From Vermamoeba vermiformis (taxonomy: Eukaryota): a stretch of DNA of 64,000 nt. Location of the stretch: positions 248,001 to 312,000 of the forward strand of contig JBEWZL010000238.1 of the NCBI GenBank assembly GCA_045837725.1, in the 5' to 3' direction. Position numbers and translations under genes: made by a program. Shown in pieces: positions 12,450 to 24,282 of the stretch; within the stretch, counting starts at the first letter, position 1; each line of letters starts with the position of its first letter. The notes beneath the pieces are model-generated. The model saw nothing but the letters and a program-made list of their open reading frames with translations. It was not told where the DNA came from and made no database searches.

Positions 12450-15400
12450 ATGGTATCTGTCTTAAAAAAGGTGGAATTGCAGTATATCTAATCTAAATAT
12501 GATCAATAGGAAGAAGAAAAAACGGTGCAATATAGTCCAGAAGAGCTAGCACGTATTGATGATTACGCTCAAAGAATGCACGATCCAAAAAATGGAGTTG
12601 AAATTAAGGATCGCAAATATAAGCTCAAAACTTATTCACAATGCTTCTTAGGTAATTTTTTAATTATTTCAATAATTTTCCAAATTAATTTTGCATAAAA
12701 GTTGAAAATCGGTTTACAGCAACATCGATCTCCGTATACTTTAATAATTTACGCTTAAAAATTACCAAAATATCTATTACAATAGTACTTATATTATTTT
12801 ATGGCATGTAGGCAATGAAGCAGTGAATTGGATGACCAAAAATTTCCAGATGACATCCGAAGACGCTTTAAAACTTGGCAATCAAATGATCGAGCTGGGA
12901 ATTATGCACCACGTGTCTTTTGAACATACATTTAAGAACGAAGGATATTTCTATCGATTCCAAGTAAGCTTTAATTATTTTATTTGTAACGGTCAAGATC
13001 CGTCAACGGAATTCTATTTAAAACAAAAATAATCGCTCAACAGACGTACCATATAATATATTACTATATTTAGTTACTATTATGCTTATTTATTCATTTT
13101 TAGATGGACGACAAATCATCGACATTAAACAATAAGAAAGTTTGGGTCGTAGCAGCGCGTTCGGCCAATATAGTCGCCATCGAATTATTAGCTCGCGTTG
13201 TGGAGATTTATCAAACTAATTTCTCCGATGGAAATCTCGATAAGAAACTACTTAAGCAAGTTCGAGGAAGTACTGAATATGTCGACTTTGCAACTGCTAC
13301 TGCCGAGCTTCAAAAGGTATTTATATCAGTATATGGACCATATTATATTATAATTTATCGATATGGGGCTTAAATACCTAAAAGCAACCAAACTTAATTT
13401 TGGATCGGCAAAACGGATCCGTTACACTCGGTTAGCCCAGCAAATTTATTATAACTATGACTATTAATATATATAATAGGGTGTTAATGACTTATTTACA
13501 ACAGGTCGATATCGCTTCATTAACACACGAGCAACGCTTAACATTTTTCCTCAACATCCACAACGTGCTCGTACTTCATGCCATGATTGACGTTGAAAAA
13601 TTGCCTGGAGGTACTAATACGACTATTATAACTATATACGTATTGACTGACTCATTAAGGCGGTCCTGGCTGGTTTTGGTTGTCGCGTGGATCCAAGTAC
13701 AATATTGCAGGCGATGATTATTCCATGCTTGAAATTTATCATGGCATATTAAGAGCTGCGATGAATGCACCTAAGATTCCATTTGGTAAGATACAAGCAC
13801 AATGAAGTCCTAGTAGACTGTCTGCGGTTAAAATTTTTTAGCGCATCCGCGAAAAAGCGAGATCTGCATTAACCTTTAAATAGCTTACAACATTCTAATT
13901 ACTATTATACCAAATTATTATTATCAACAGTACTATATCATTTTTAACGCTTTTTTATGAGCTCGAAAGTGCCTACTTTTCGAGTCTTTACATTGGTTCT
14001 AATTTCTTATTTTTTCCTAATTAGGAAGTATTTTCTTCAAGCTTGCCAAGCCCAAAGAACCCACAAAAGCAGCGCAAATGTTCAAAGTACCCGAGCCACT
14101 TATCTGCTTCGGAATCTACCACAACACAATGTCTAGTCCCGTACTTCGATTATACACTGAATCTGACGTGCGTAATGTTATCAAAGCTGCGTCAGAAGAG
14201 TATTTATTGCGCGAAGTTTCAATTAATTTGGAAAAAAACAAAGTAAGTCTAAGCGAAGAATTTTTACCGTTGCGAAGTGTCAGATCTGACGAACTTTTTT
14301 TAGATTACTTTGCCGAAATTTTTCTACTGGTTCAGCAAAGACTTTGGGCTCGAGACCTCCGACAAAGAAGCGATAGTTAAAGCTCTTGAAGTGTTGTTGC
14401 CGGATCAATTGAGATTGGACTTGGCCAAGGTCGAAAAATCAAAAATTTCCCTCTCGTACTCAGATTACAATTGGAAACCATTTTTCCGCGTTGATAAGTA
14501 CGTCTATAATAACACCATAATATCACTATTACTACCCTGAAATTCAAAAAACGACAAAGTTATCAATTTTTGTCGAAGATCTTGCACAAAAGATCTGGGC
14601 GGATCTGGGAGGCTTTTGAAATTTGCTCAATTCGACCCAAATGCGCCGAATCAACTTGACAGTTTTTTGATATATTAATAGTAATCTGTATTTTCCTGTG
14701 AGCTAATTTTTAATTTTGTACTGCAGAGCTGAATACGAACGAATCAAATTGGTCCATTCCGATCTTCAAGAGCGCGAAAAACTCCAAAAGTAAGTTATAT
14801 TAATTTAATTCATTTGCACCTTAATCTCATCATTATACAATCCGGATTTCCTGTGAAAATTTCGAATTTTTCCAAAATTGACAATTTTTTTAAAACTCTT
14901 AACGGAGGTTATGTTTTGCACTATTATTTAGCTATCCCTACGTCCTTAATATTAAAATATTATGTTAGAGTGTCACGCGTGCCAGTCTTCGGCATGACAT
15001 TCGCGCAATTGGCGTCACGATTCCCTAACACAAAATTACCGCCATTCTTCACCAAATGCTTGCAACACATTGAAGACAAAGGTACAAAGAAAATTTATTA
15101 CTAAATAAGGAAATAATTTGTTAATTTCTGTTCAGGCATTGATACTGTCGGAATTTTCCGTTTGGCCGGTTCTTCGATGCAAATTTTAACTTTGCAACAA
15201 TTGTGCTCGAGTGGTATGACCTTATATTATTATATATCCATATAAGTATATTAATTTATTATTCGTTGCTAATTTTAGATCAAGATATCAATTACGATCA
15301 ATTTGATATTCATTCAGTATCAACTTTTTTCAAGCGATTTTTGCGTAATATTCCCGAACCTATTATTCCGTACGATGCCGTGGACGAAATTCTCCGAATT

Positions 15401-15926
15401 CGTAAGTACAATTGTTATTTCCATATTTGGAAATGCCAGTACGAGGATCTAACGAAGAAAAATTTTTCATTTAGCCACGAGTCCATTCCCGGAAGAAGTT
15501 GCGAATCAAATTCGCATCATTTTGAAGCGCACAATGGACAGAAATTCAATGGAGTGGCACTTGTTAGTCGAGTTAATCAATTTTTTGAAGCGGATCGTAA
15601 GTGATAAAACAATCTTCATATCGCTAATAACGACGCTATCTTAGGACGCAAATGCAACTAAAAACATGATGAATTCATATAATTTGGCTATTGTCTTTGG
15701 TCCTACTATCGTAAGTTTACAATTTTTTCGAATTTTTGTACTGAACTGAAATTTCTTTTCAGTTGAAACTCCGGGACAACAATCCTAGCGCACAATTGAC
15801 GCTAACAGGTAATAATACGAGGTCAGATGTAACAAGAATTAAGTGAACTAACGCAATTCGTTTGCAGGTGTTATTGGTTTCATGTGCCAGATCCTGATCG
15901 ACTTCTGTCAAGGAATCTTTTCGTAA
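12450..15926 (+). CDS. DEP domain - DUF547 - RhoGAP multidomain protein
   Basis: DEP: GVEIKDRKYKLKTYSQCFLGNEAVNWM...IMHHV...FKNEGYFYRF. DUF547: LTFFLNIHNVLVLHA...EPLICFG...SSPVLRLY. RhoGAP: GIFRLAGS arginine finger, KRFLRNIPEPIIP, NMMNSYNLAIVFGP. Confidence 0.85.
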
Positions 15927-16165
15927 ATAAAATATAAGTATTATAATAGATGAGCAATACATATTGGTCAACCTTGTAAATTCCCTAGACAAATGTTTGC
16001 AGGATATCATTTTTTTCAACTCCAGATCAAGTAACTTTGTAACGGATCCAATGTATTATTAAAAGATTTAGATATTTATAACATTACATCGTCTATTATG
16101 TTTCTCGTTCAAGCCAACTTGATGGCCGAAACGTGAAATAAAGAAAAAATTGACCACGAGCGGAT

Positions 16166-19100
16166 CTACAGCTTGAAAAATCCGAACAATTGAGCGCAAT
16201 CCACAACACCGTATCCGTTCTGTTGCAACAACACTGTGACGTCTGTGCAAATGTTCTCGAAATAATCGCGGATTCGTTGATGTTCTGGGGCAGTCAAGAT
16301 CAGGCGTTCTTCTCGTTGCTTTTCATCTTTCATGTCAAGCTTGTCCAAAAGGCGCATCCAATCAAACATGTCTTGGAAGTATCGCAATTGAGTGTATAAT
16401 TGGTTCTTATCATACTGCAAAAAAAAAAAAATTGGTCAGATCCAGGTCGATTCATGAACGATTTTTCCTTTTTAGGAAACTTACCTCCAAGCTCATAGTA
16501 CCGCTGCAACCTTTACGCGGGCAAGCAGGCTGTCCGTCGCTCTTCAGATTGAACTCACGAGTCTTAATAGCGCAAGTTCGTTCGTCGCATTGGTACGGGC
16601 TGCTGTAATATCGGCCAATGTGTTTGCGCGTAGCCAGTGTGACGGCATTAGTAATCGCAGCACCGCTAAACTGTCGTTTGCAGTTTTGACACAATGTGCA
16701 TGCAAAAATACCCATCGACTTGTCCTCTTCGGAAGCCTTGTGCCAGACACCCAAGAACTCATTTTCCTACAAAGGAAATTAGTACTTGATGACGGTCCCA
16801 GGTACTTCTTATATTACCTTAGAGCACGAAGGGCACTTCAATACCAGCTTTTCGACGTCCTTGTACTTCACAGTGTCATCAGTGAGCGAAGGCAAAGCCA
16901 CGTTAGAGTCAACGCCAGCATTGTTGAGTCTAATGCCAAACTTAGTGGGGTCCAAGCCCAAGCATTGAGCGATCAAGACGTTGTCGGTGCCGTCAAGAGG
17001 CTCGATCAAACGGGCAATAGGAGGGTAGATCTGGGCAGCAAAGTACCATTCCAGATCGATCTGCAAGTTCAACTTCTTGACGGTTTCAGGGTGGAAAGCT
17101 CGCGCACCCATTAAAGTGCTCTTATCAGCATCAGGAACCTTGCAGATGATGTACGGGATCACATCACCAACGCGTACTGATTGGCCCTAGAAAAAAATTA
17201 TCGTTAATTTCCGCGAACAAAAATAAGGGTCTGACTCGTGGTCAGAGGCTATAGAACTTACTTCTTTACGCATAGCAAGTGCGACTTGCACGTGAGGTTG
17301 AGCCTTTGAGTCATCCTTGTAGTCTTCAGGAGATTTTGTCAAAGACTAGATGCGGATCAGTTAGCAAATCCAAGTTGACGTTGAAGAACGTTTGTAAGCG
17401 TACCTTTGTAATGGCGAACTTCTTCAAAGGAACCTTGCCTTGACGAATATCGTCGGCCATGCCTCGCAAGTAGCCGTGGATGTTATCAACAACTTCGTCC
17501 TTAGCCGAAGACTTCAAGATCTTGTCCAAAACGTACCTGGTGTTACCTCATTAACAAATGAACCATATAGCTAATCAACTTAACGATACTTACTCTCCCA
17601 TCTCGTGAGAAAGCTCGCACCAATCTCTGCGCACAAGATCCAAACCCTTCTTTTCGATGGAAAGCTGAGTGCCGTCAGATCCGCCAGCACGAACAGCAGC
17701 GTACTTTTTCTTCTTGCACAAGAGCATCGTCTTGAAGATACCGTCGACTTCGATCTCAAGCGTTGACTTCTCGCCTTCACGAGCGTTGGAATTGTTGACC
17801 TCTTTCTTGATTCGTGAACCCATTTCTTGAACTGCTTTGTACGAGTCCAAGCCAGTGTTAATCATAATAGAGTCCGTATCACCATAAATAACCTAAAGAA
17901 GGCATTAGTAACTTGCATTAAACTAAAATAACATGTTGTACTTACTTCCAAACCCAATTTCTTGGTGGCAATGTCAACGGTCTTTTGCAAGTTTTCACGA
18001 CCTTTACGAGTTACGAGCTCGGCTAAAGGCATGGCCATGAAACGTGAGTTGGAGAAACCCAAGCAACCATACATAGAGTTAGCAACCAACTTCAAGGCCA
18101 ATTGTTGAATTTCGAGCTGAGACTTGGTGTTGGAATCGGAGGCTGCTCCGAGCTTCTCTTTAACTGCACGACGTCTTTGGACCAAGCTTCTAATAACCGT
18201 CGGCAAGATACCAATACTGGTACCTTGTGGGGGAGGATCGGACAATTGCCACTTCTTGGGATCAGCCGGATCCTGCACGGATGCGTTAGAAAATTTAACT
18301 TTACACCTTTGCCATATCAATCACTACTTACCTTCTTACGGTCAATTGTAGTGAAGCAAATGTTGTACTCTTGGATGATAGAAGGATACAAACTCTGGAA
18401 ATCGAGCAACAAAATGTACTTGTCGTACAGACCCTTCTTCGGCTCCAAGACGAGACCTCCTTCATAAGCAGGCTGCTTCTTCTTAGTAAAGCCTTCGCCA
18501 CCCTCCTCAACTATACCACGCGTTAGTACTCGCCAGCTGTAACATCAATGTATGAGACTTACGCTTGGCCTTGTCAGGCAACATGTAGTTGTGAGCATAG
18601 AACTCGTGCAAAAGCAAGTACTCAATACGTTCAGCACGAGCACCAGTCAAAGATCTGTACCACAAGTTACCAGAGACTTGTGTCAGTTGCTTAGTCAACG
18701 GCAGAACGTTGAGCTTGAACATCAACTTCAACGTCAAGAACGCGTCGTTTGTGGTCAATCGGCAGAAGTAGAGCAAGTCCTCCGTGGTACCGAACAACGA
18801 GGGCATCTTGTCTGAGTTGACAGACTGTCTGTTCGTGTTCAACTTGGTTCGTGCCAAAGTTGACAAAGTGTAATCTTTCGACTTGATTAATTCCTGAAAA
18901 TAACGGTTAGCCTCAAATCCATCGCTTTTCTAATGCCTAAACGAACCTTAGCTGAGTGATAAGTGTCGCAAACAAGTCGACCAATAGTGACCTTTCGCTT
19001 AGTGTAGTTAGACTCTCCCTTGTTGTTAATACCTGTCTTCTTCAAGTGAGGCATGCTAAATTGGCGTTAGAATAGCCCTCGAGTAACTAATAGAGATAAC

Positions 19101-21859
19101 TGTACGTACTTCTTTTGGTTAAGTCTGCCAAGCTTGGACCACGAGACGCATTGGAGATCGTGCATGCGGTGCAACAAAACGTCAAGATCATAACCGTTGA
19201 TGTTGTGACCGACGAGCATATCAGGGTCGAAGTTGCCAATCATTTCTGACATGCAAAAGGTTAGTCTTAAAGTCATACAATGGTTTAATGCGCAACCACT
19301 TACCCATCGCAGAGTTCAACAAGTCACGTTCGTTGGGCTTAACTATGATGTTGTTCTCGAGCTTGTGCTCAGTCAAGTAGCGAGAGAAGGACAAAGGCAA
19401 GGTATGGCCTTGAGGCTTGCGCAAGAAGACAATGTCTGAGGTGTCCTTTTGAGTCTGTTCAATAGGCGTGGGAACCTCTGTGTTGACGTTTCGCTTGAAG
19501 AGCAAGCCAACGGCAATAATCTCGTTGACTTTGTTGCTTTGGTTGACGACTGTTTGAACCTTCAACGAGCAGATTGTGACTGGAGGAACAGGCGGAAGAT
19601 TGTCGTAGACAACAGTCAAGTGAGTAGGGCTGTCGATTGAGCACTCGAACTTGCACCATGATTTCTAATTAATAGTTAACACGTGAATGTAACATATGGT
19701 CTCGAGAAGGACTTACCATGCCAGAATTGGCTTTGACGTTTTTCAAGCTGACCCAGCCAGGACCCATCAACTTGCGTTGAATGATGAAGTTCTCGAGGGC
19801 CGAGACGTTGCCCAAGATGTGACTGAAAGTGTTACCCTTGAGGTCGGCAGGAAGCTCTTGAGCGCTGTAAGGATACACGACTTCGAGCACTTCAATGTTC
19901 TTCTTGCGCGGAATGTCTTCAATTTCAAAAGCGTAGTTCTTGGCGACTTTTCTGCTCTTGTAGTCGAAGCTGCCGTGGTTGTTTCGGACAGTCATGAATT
20001 CTTTTTGAACTTCCTCGACCTTGACAGGAATAGGATTGCCTTCAGCATCAACTTCACCCGAGTTCTGCTTGGGCACGACGTAGATTGTACGTTCAACGCC
20101 TCTCACAGTCAAAGCGCAGCTGAGGAACTGCTTGGTCTTGGGCTCATACACTAAATAGGTTCTGTCAGACAAGTACTCGCGTGAAGACACGTGTGACTTT
20201 ACTCACCTTTGCCGAACATGTAAATAGTGCCAGGAGCACCACGTTGGTCGTCTTGAGCATCGAGCCAATAGAACAATACTTCGCCGTTGGAAGTTTTTGG
20301 AAGTTCGTCGATGGACTTAGCAGGACCAAAGTCTACAACGGGCGTTAGATCCAATACCACTCCCGAGTATTATCATAATCGAACTTACTTTGAGCGATAA
20401 TGTCAGCACCAGCGTCTTGATCTTTCTCTTTCAATGCAAACCAATCGTCGCCAGTGTATTTAGCAGCTTCAGCGTCTTCCTCGGCTTGGTACTTGGCAGC
20501 ATTATTTTCATCGTCCTCAACTAAACGAGACAATCGTAATTAGCTCGTGTCACTAGTATGTATATTAAAGCTAGTCCTTACTATCAGACATATCAACCAC
20601 TTTGGCGGCAGCACTGTTAGATTTGGCAGCGCCAGTGGCGGTCGAAGAAGCTGACTCTTTGGGCTTGTCTGAGCCATTGGCTACGGGCTTGTCAGCGGGT
20701 TTTGTGGCTGCCTTAGCATCAGTTGTGTTCGTGTTGTCGGACACTGTGTTAGCATCGACTTCCTTAAAAGGAACTTTGGCGGGCTATTGCACGAGTTAGT
20801 CTCAAAGTGACCACATCCGCGAGAACAGAATCACCGTTCTTACCTCCGAAGTGACCTTCTTGAAAGGAGGGGCGATAGGAACAGGTGCTGCGGGGGCCAA
20901 GGGGTTCTTTTTGATATCGGCGAACAAAGCCTCCAACTCGGCGTTAATCGGAGTGTTCTCATCCGGCTTGGCAGCACCAGTCTTTAACTTCTTGGTCTAT
21001 TATAGGAACCAATTGATTAGTACTATAATGTGAATAGCTTTTAGAGCATAGCACGTACCGGAGTCTTTCCTTCGGTTGTGGATTGTTTGGGATTCAAAAA
21101 CATGTCAGTGATTCTTTGCGAAGGAACTGAGGTTTCTTGTTTACGTTGGGCGCGCTTTCTCTTTTTACCGAGCTTGCTGTCGCCATTAGCGGCCTTCTTT
21201 TTCTTTCCGGAGGTTGAATCTGAAAAAGGCGCATTAGCCGATCCGAGCCAATGAACCTTATTATAAGCGTATTTTCTCGTGCACCGTACCTTCTTCATCC
21301 TCTTCGTCATCGTCAAAGCCTAAATCATCCTCTCCGTAATCGTCGTAACCGAGGCCATCTGTTTGCGATCGTGTAAGCATAAAATGATATCATTGTGGAT
21401 AATAATATTGCTCATTATCAGAAGTAACGTATTGTTATAATTTGCACGTACCATCGTCTTCAACAAACATCTTGCTGCGCTTTTCCTCGGTCAATTTTCT
21501 GTATTCTGCTTCATCGACCTCGCTGTAAATAGGAGCTTCCTCTCGCACCTATAAATAATATTAAATATTATTGTCATAATTAGCGCCGAGTAATACGCCC
21601 ACGGCTATTTTTGTTTGTTATTTATTATATTTTCTTTTTGTAATTTCAAATCCGCGCCAAAAGAATCTATCTATGAATTATTTAGGCTACTTACTTCGTA
21701 ATCTCGTTTACCACCGTCTTTTTTAATACGATTCAAATCTTCAAGAGCCTTTTTGGCGGATTCATTCACGCCACGTTTTGCTTTCACTGTGCGGCGAGTG
21801 GTTCTCTTGTCCTCTTGGACCTCCACGCCGTTGTCATTAACTGGCTCTTCCATATCCAT
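16166..21859 (-). CDS. POLA1: DNA polymerase alpha catalytic subunit
   Basis: Family-B motifs [58 protein letters not shown]; Pol-alpha N-terminal FVEDD..G.GY; C-terminal zinc-finger cysteines. Confidence 0.97.
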
Positions 21860-21956
21860 GCGCAAGTATGGTCTCCTTGACAACAAACAATTTGAATAAT
21901 GAATTACAGTTTGGGCGGGAAAAAAATCTGCGACCGTTTTTGGATCTTTTTCGCGC
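21654..21956. promoter_or_regulatory. Three E2F/DP consensus sites (TTTSSCGC) around the POLA1 start
   Basis: GCGGGAAA at 21915-21922 and TTTCGCGC at 21949-21956 upstream of the ATG; GCGCCAAA at 21654-21661 in intron 1. Confidence 0.7.
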
Positions 21957-22431
21957 CTTCTGTTATTAACTCGCGAGCTGAAAGACTCCACAACTCGCCA
22001 ATCACTTTATACTATTTAATACATCGCACGATTGTAAGCAAAACTTGCGGCTCTTTGTTGCGGCAAGTGATTTTTAATTGGATGCTGAATCCGAGTGCTC
22101 TAATTGCGTACGAAATTTTAGGTATATGTTCTTAAATATGTAATTTTTTACCACTATACAAGCTGCAATCTGTTTTACAACCAAAGATCAACAAGGCTCC
22201 AGAACGACATCCACTACGAACGGCTTAGAAACGTCTAAAAAACAGTCTTAATAGCTGCTGTTAAGACTGTAATACAAGGTTTGAGCAGTATTTTGCTATT
22301 TCGATCGATTTAAGCTTTTATAGACCTAAGCACGTGATTGTTTTCGGTTGAAACGAACGATTTTTGGCAATATTTATTACCAATCCAATGACTCGTATAC
22401 ACTATATAGAATACCGTTTGATGGCACTCTA

Positions 22432-23899
22432 ATGTTCAGTAATCGAGCAGTTAATTTGTTTGTTGTTTTCTCCGTGTTCTGGCACTTCCGAGTCGAGGCA
22501 CAATGCACTCAAAACTTGCTTCCATTCAATTCATTATGCTCAGGTATGTTATAGTACTATAACGGACCTTATAATACCTTTTTAAGACCGATCTTTCGAA
22601 CTTTTTGAGTAACGCCTTTCTTACAGGTCACGGCACGTGCGAAAATGATACAAGGTGCATATGTGATGCAGATTTTAACGGAGTGGCGTTATATTTCGAT
22701 GTGGGAGACATGGATTGCCCCATCCACCGAGTTGCATTTTCCGCTCTTGGTTACATCCAGTTTGGCGTCAGTAAGTTTGCTACAAATACTACATTTGCGC
22801 TGATACACGTTTATCTTAGGCATAATAACGATGATAGTATAGCGTTTCGCTTCATCACTTTGCGGAATCATGATTGGACAAGCAAAAAAATGATAAGCAC
22901 GAGGAATATATTAGTGACCATGATGATCCCCGCAGTTTGTAAGTATTCGATTGTTTTTCGGCTTAGCATCGCGATGCCTCACCTGATCCTAAAATAGCAA
23001 TCTAAATTTAAAATTTTATTTTGATTGTTAACGGTCTAAAACTTGCAATGCTTTTATAGGCAGTTGCGCGTATGCGGGGCTTTACCTCTTTGGGGGACTA
23101 TTCATATATAATAGCATTGCATCGTTGGTTATCTACTGCGCTATGTGGATCGGCGTGGGAGTGGAGTACTATTTTAGAAAAAAGAACGTATTCAAGTTAT
23201 TCGTAGCGACCAGCATGGGAGAAGACAAAAAAAAGCTTAAAAATTCCAAGAAGATATTTGGACTTGAAGTTTTCAGTTCTGTTCTGACATCCGCTTCGCA
23301 GATCGCACTCGCTATTGCCGTTTACGTCGTTAACGATACTCAAATCCGAATAGGTATGTACTGTTTCGTAATAGGGCACTTTATGATACTATTACCGCGT
23401 TAGAAGAGTTTCAAAGGCCTACTGAATTAACGAGCTTTTTTTTAGATTTAACGCGGGTCATTGCGGGAGACATGTTAGGCTTATTCGTACTCAATACATC
23501 AGTGACATTGTCCTATGCGATTCAAGTACGTCATCGTCTCCTCGAGCACCTAAAAACGGATGCAGCCGTCGAGAACGCTAAAACGATTAACGTTGGATTG
23601 AGAAAGATCACACTGATTCGCAATGCATTAATTATCGGCACAATATTATCGATTATACCGCAGGTCTTGATTATGGCCATGCCTATCGTTCATGCGTAAG
23701 CGATTTGACTCAACCACAACCTAGGTTTGTCCTAACTCTGAAATTGCTTAGGTATATACTACAAATCTACTTAATGTTGTATATGGTGACTATTATACAA
23801 ACCTCAATGGCTGTTTTCCAACCAGCCAAGTTGCAAAAAGATTCAAACTCTGCGAGCACTACTATGCAAGACATTACGACTCCATATTCTGCCAGATAA
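22432..23899 (+). CDS. EGF-domain, seven-transmembrane (GPCR-like) receptor
   Basis: Signal peptide, CSGHGTC...CIC..DFNG EGF module, about seven hydrophobic segments, Ser/Thr-rich tail. Confidence 0.7.
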
Positions 23900-23949
23900 T
23901 ATCGCTGTGTGGCGTATGAATAAAGTTGCCTTAAGAGTATTTTTACGTA

Positions 23950-24130
23950 CCACTTAGTGATTATTTGGACACCTGATCCTCAGAAGTGGATCCGGTCCTA
24001 GATCAGTTAGGTATAGCTAAACCTAGACCAACTACTGACCTCTTACCCTAATCACGCCCTTACCGCTCCCTGGGAGCCGATCCACTGGCCCATCCGAATC
24101 TCCCGCTTATGACTTGTGACCGAGTCAAAA
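23950..24130. ncRNA. Candidate structured non-coding RNA (family unknown)
   Basis: GC-richer intergenic island with helices GTGATTA/TAATCAC, GTGGATC/GATCCAC, TAGGT/ACCTA, GCTCC/GGAGC, TGACT/AGTCA; no ORF. Confidence 0.4.
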
Positions 24131-24282
24131 AGTTGACAGTTGCATAATTCAGCCTTTCAAACCGCATTAATTATAATTCAGGAGTCTGCTTTGTTAAGTA
24201 CGCATTGGGTCTTCGAAATTCTTATTGTATTTTTTTCTATCGGCGTGGTTCCACAGCAGGCTCCATTAATTATTAAACCAAT

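Noticed and set aside
16190-21033. Numerous + strand ORFs over the polymerase gene
   Set aside because: They are antisense shadows of the codon-biased POLA1 exons.
24040-24056. CTTACCCTAATC as a telomerase RNA template
   Set aside because: It is not a clean 1.5-repeat CTAACCCTAA template and it overlaps a predicted helix; support is insufficient.
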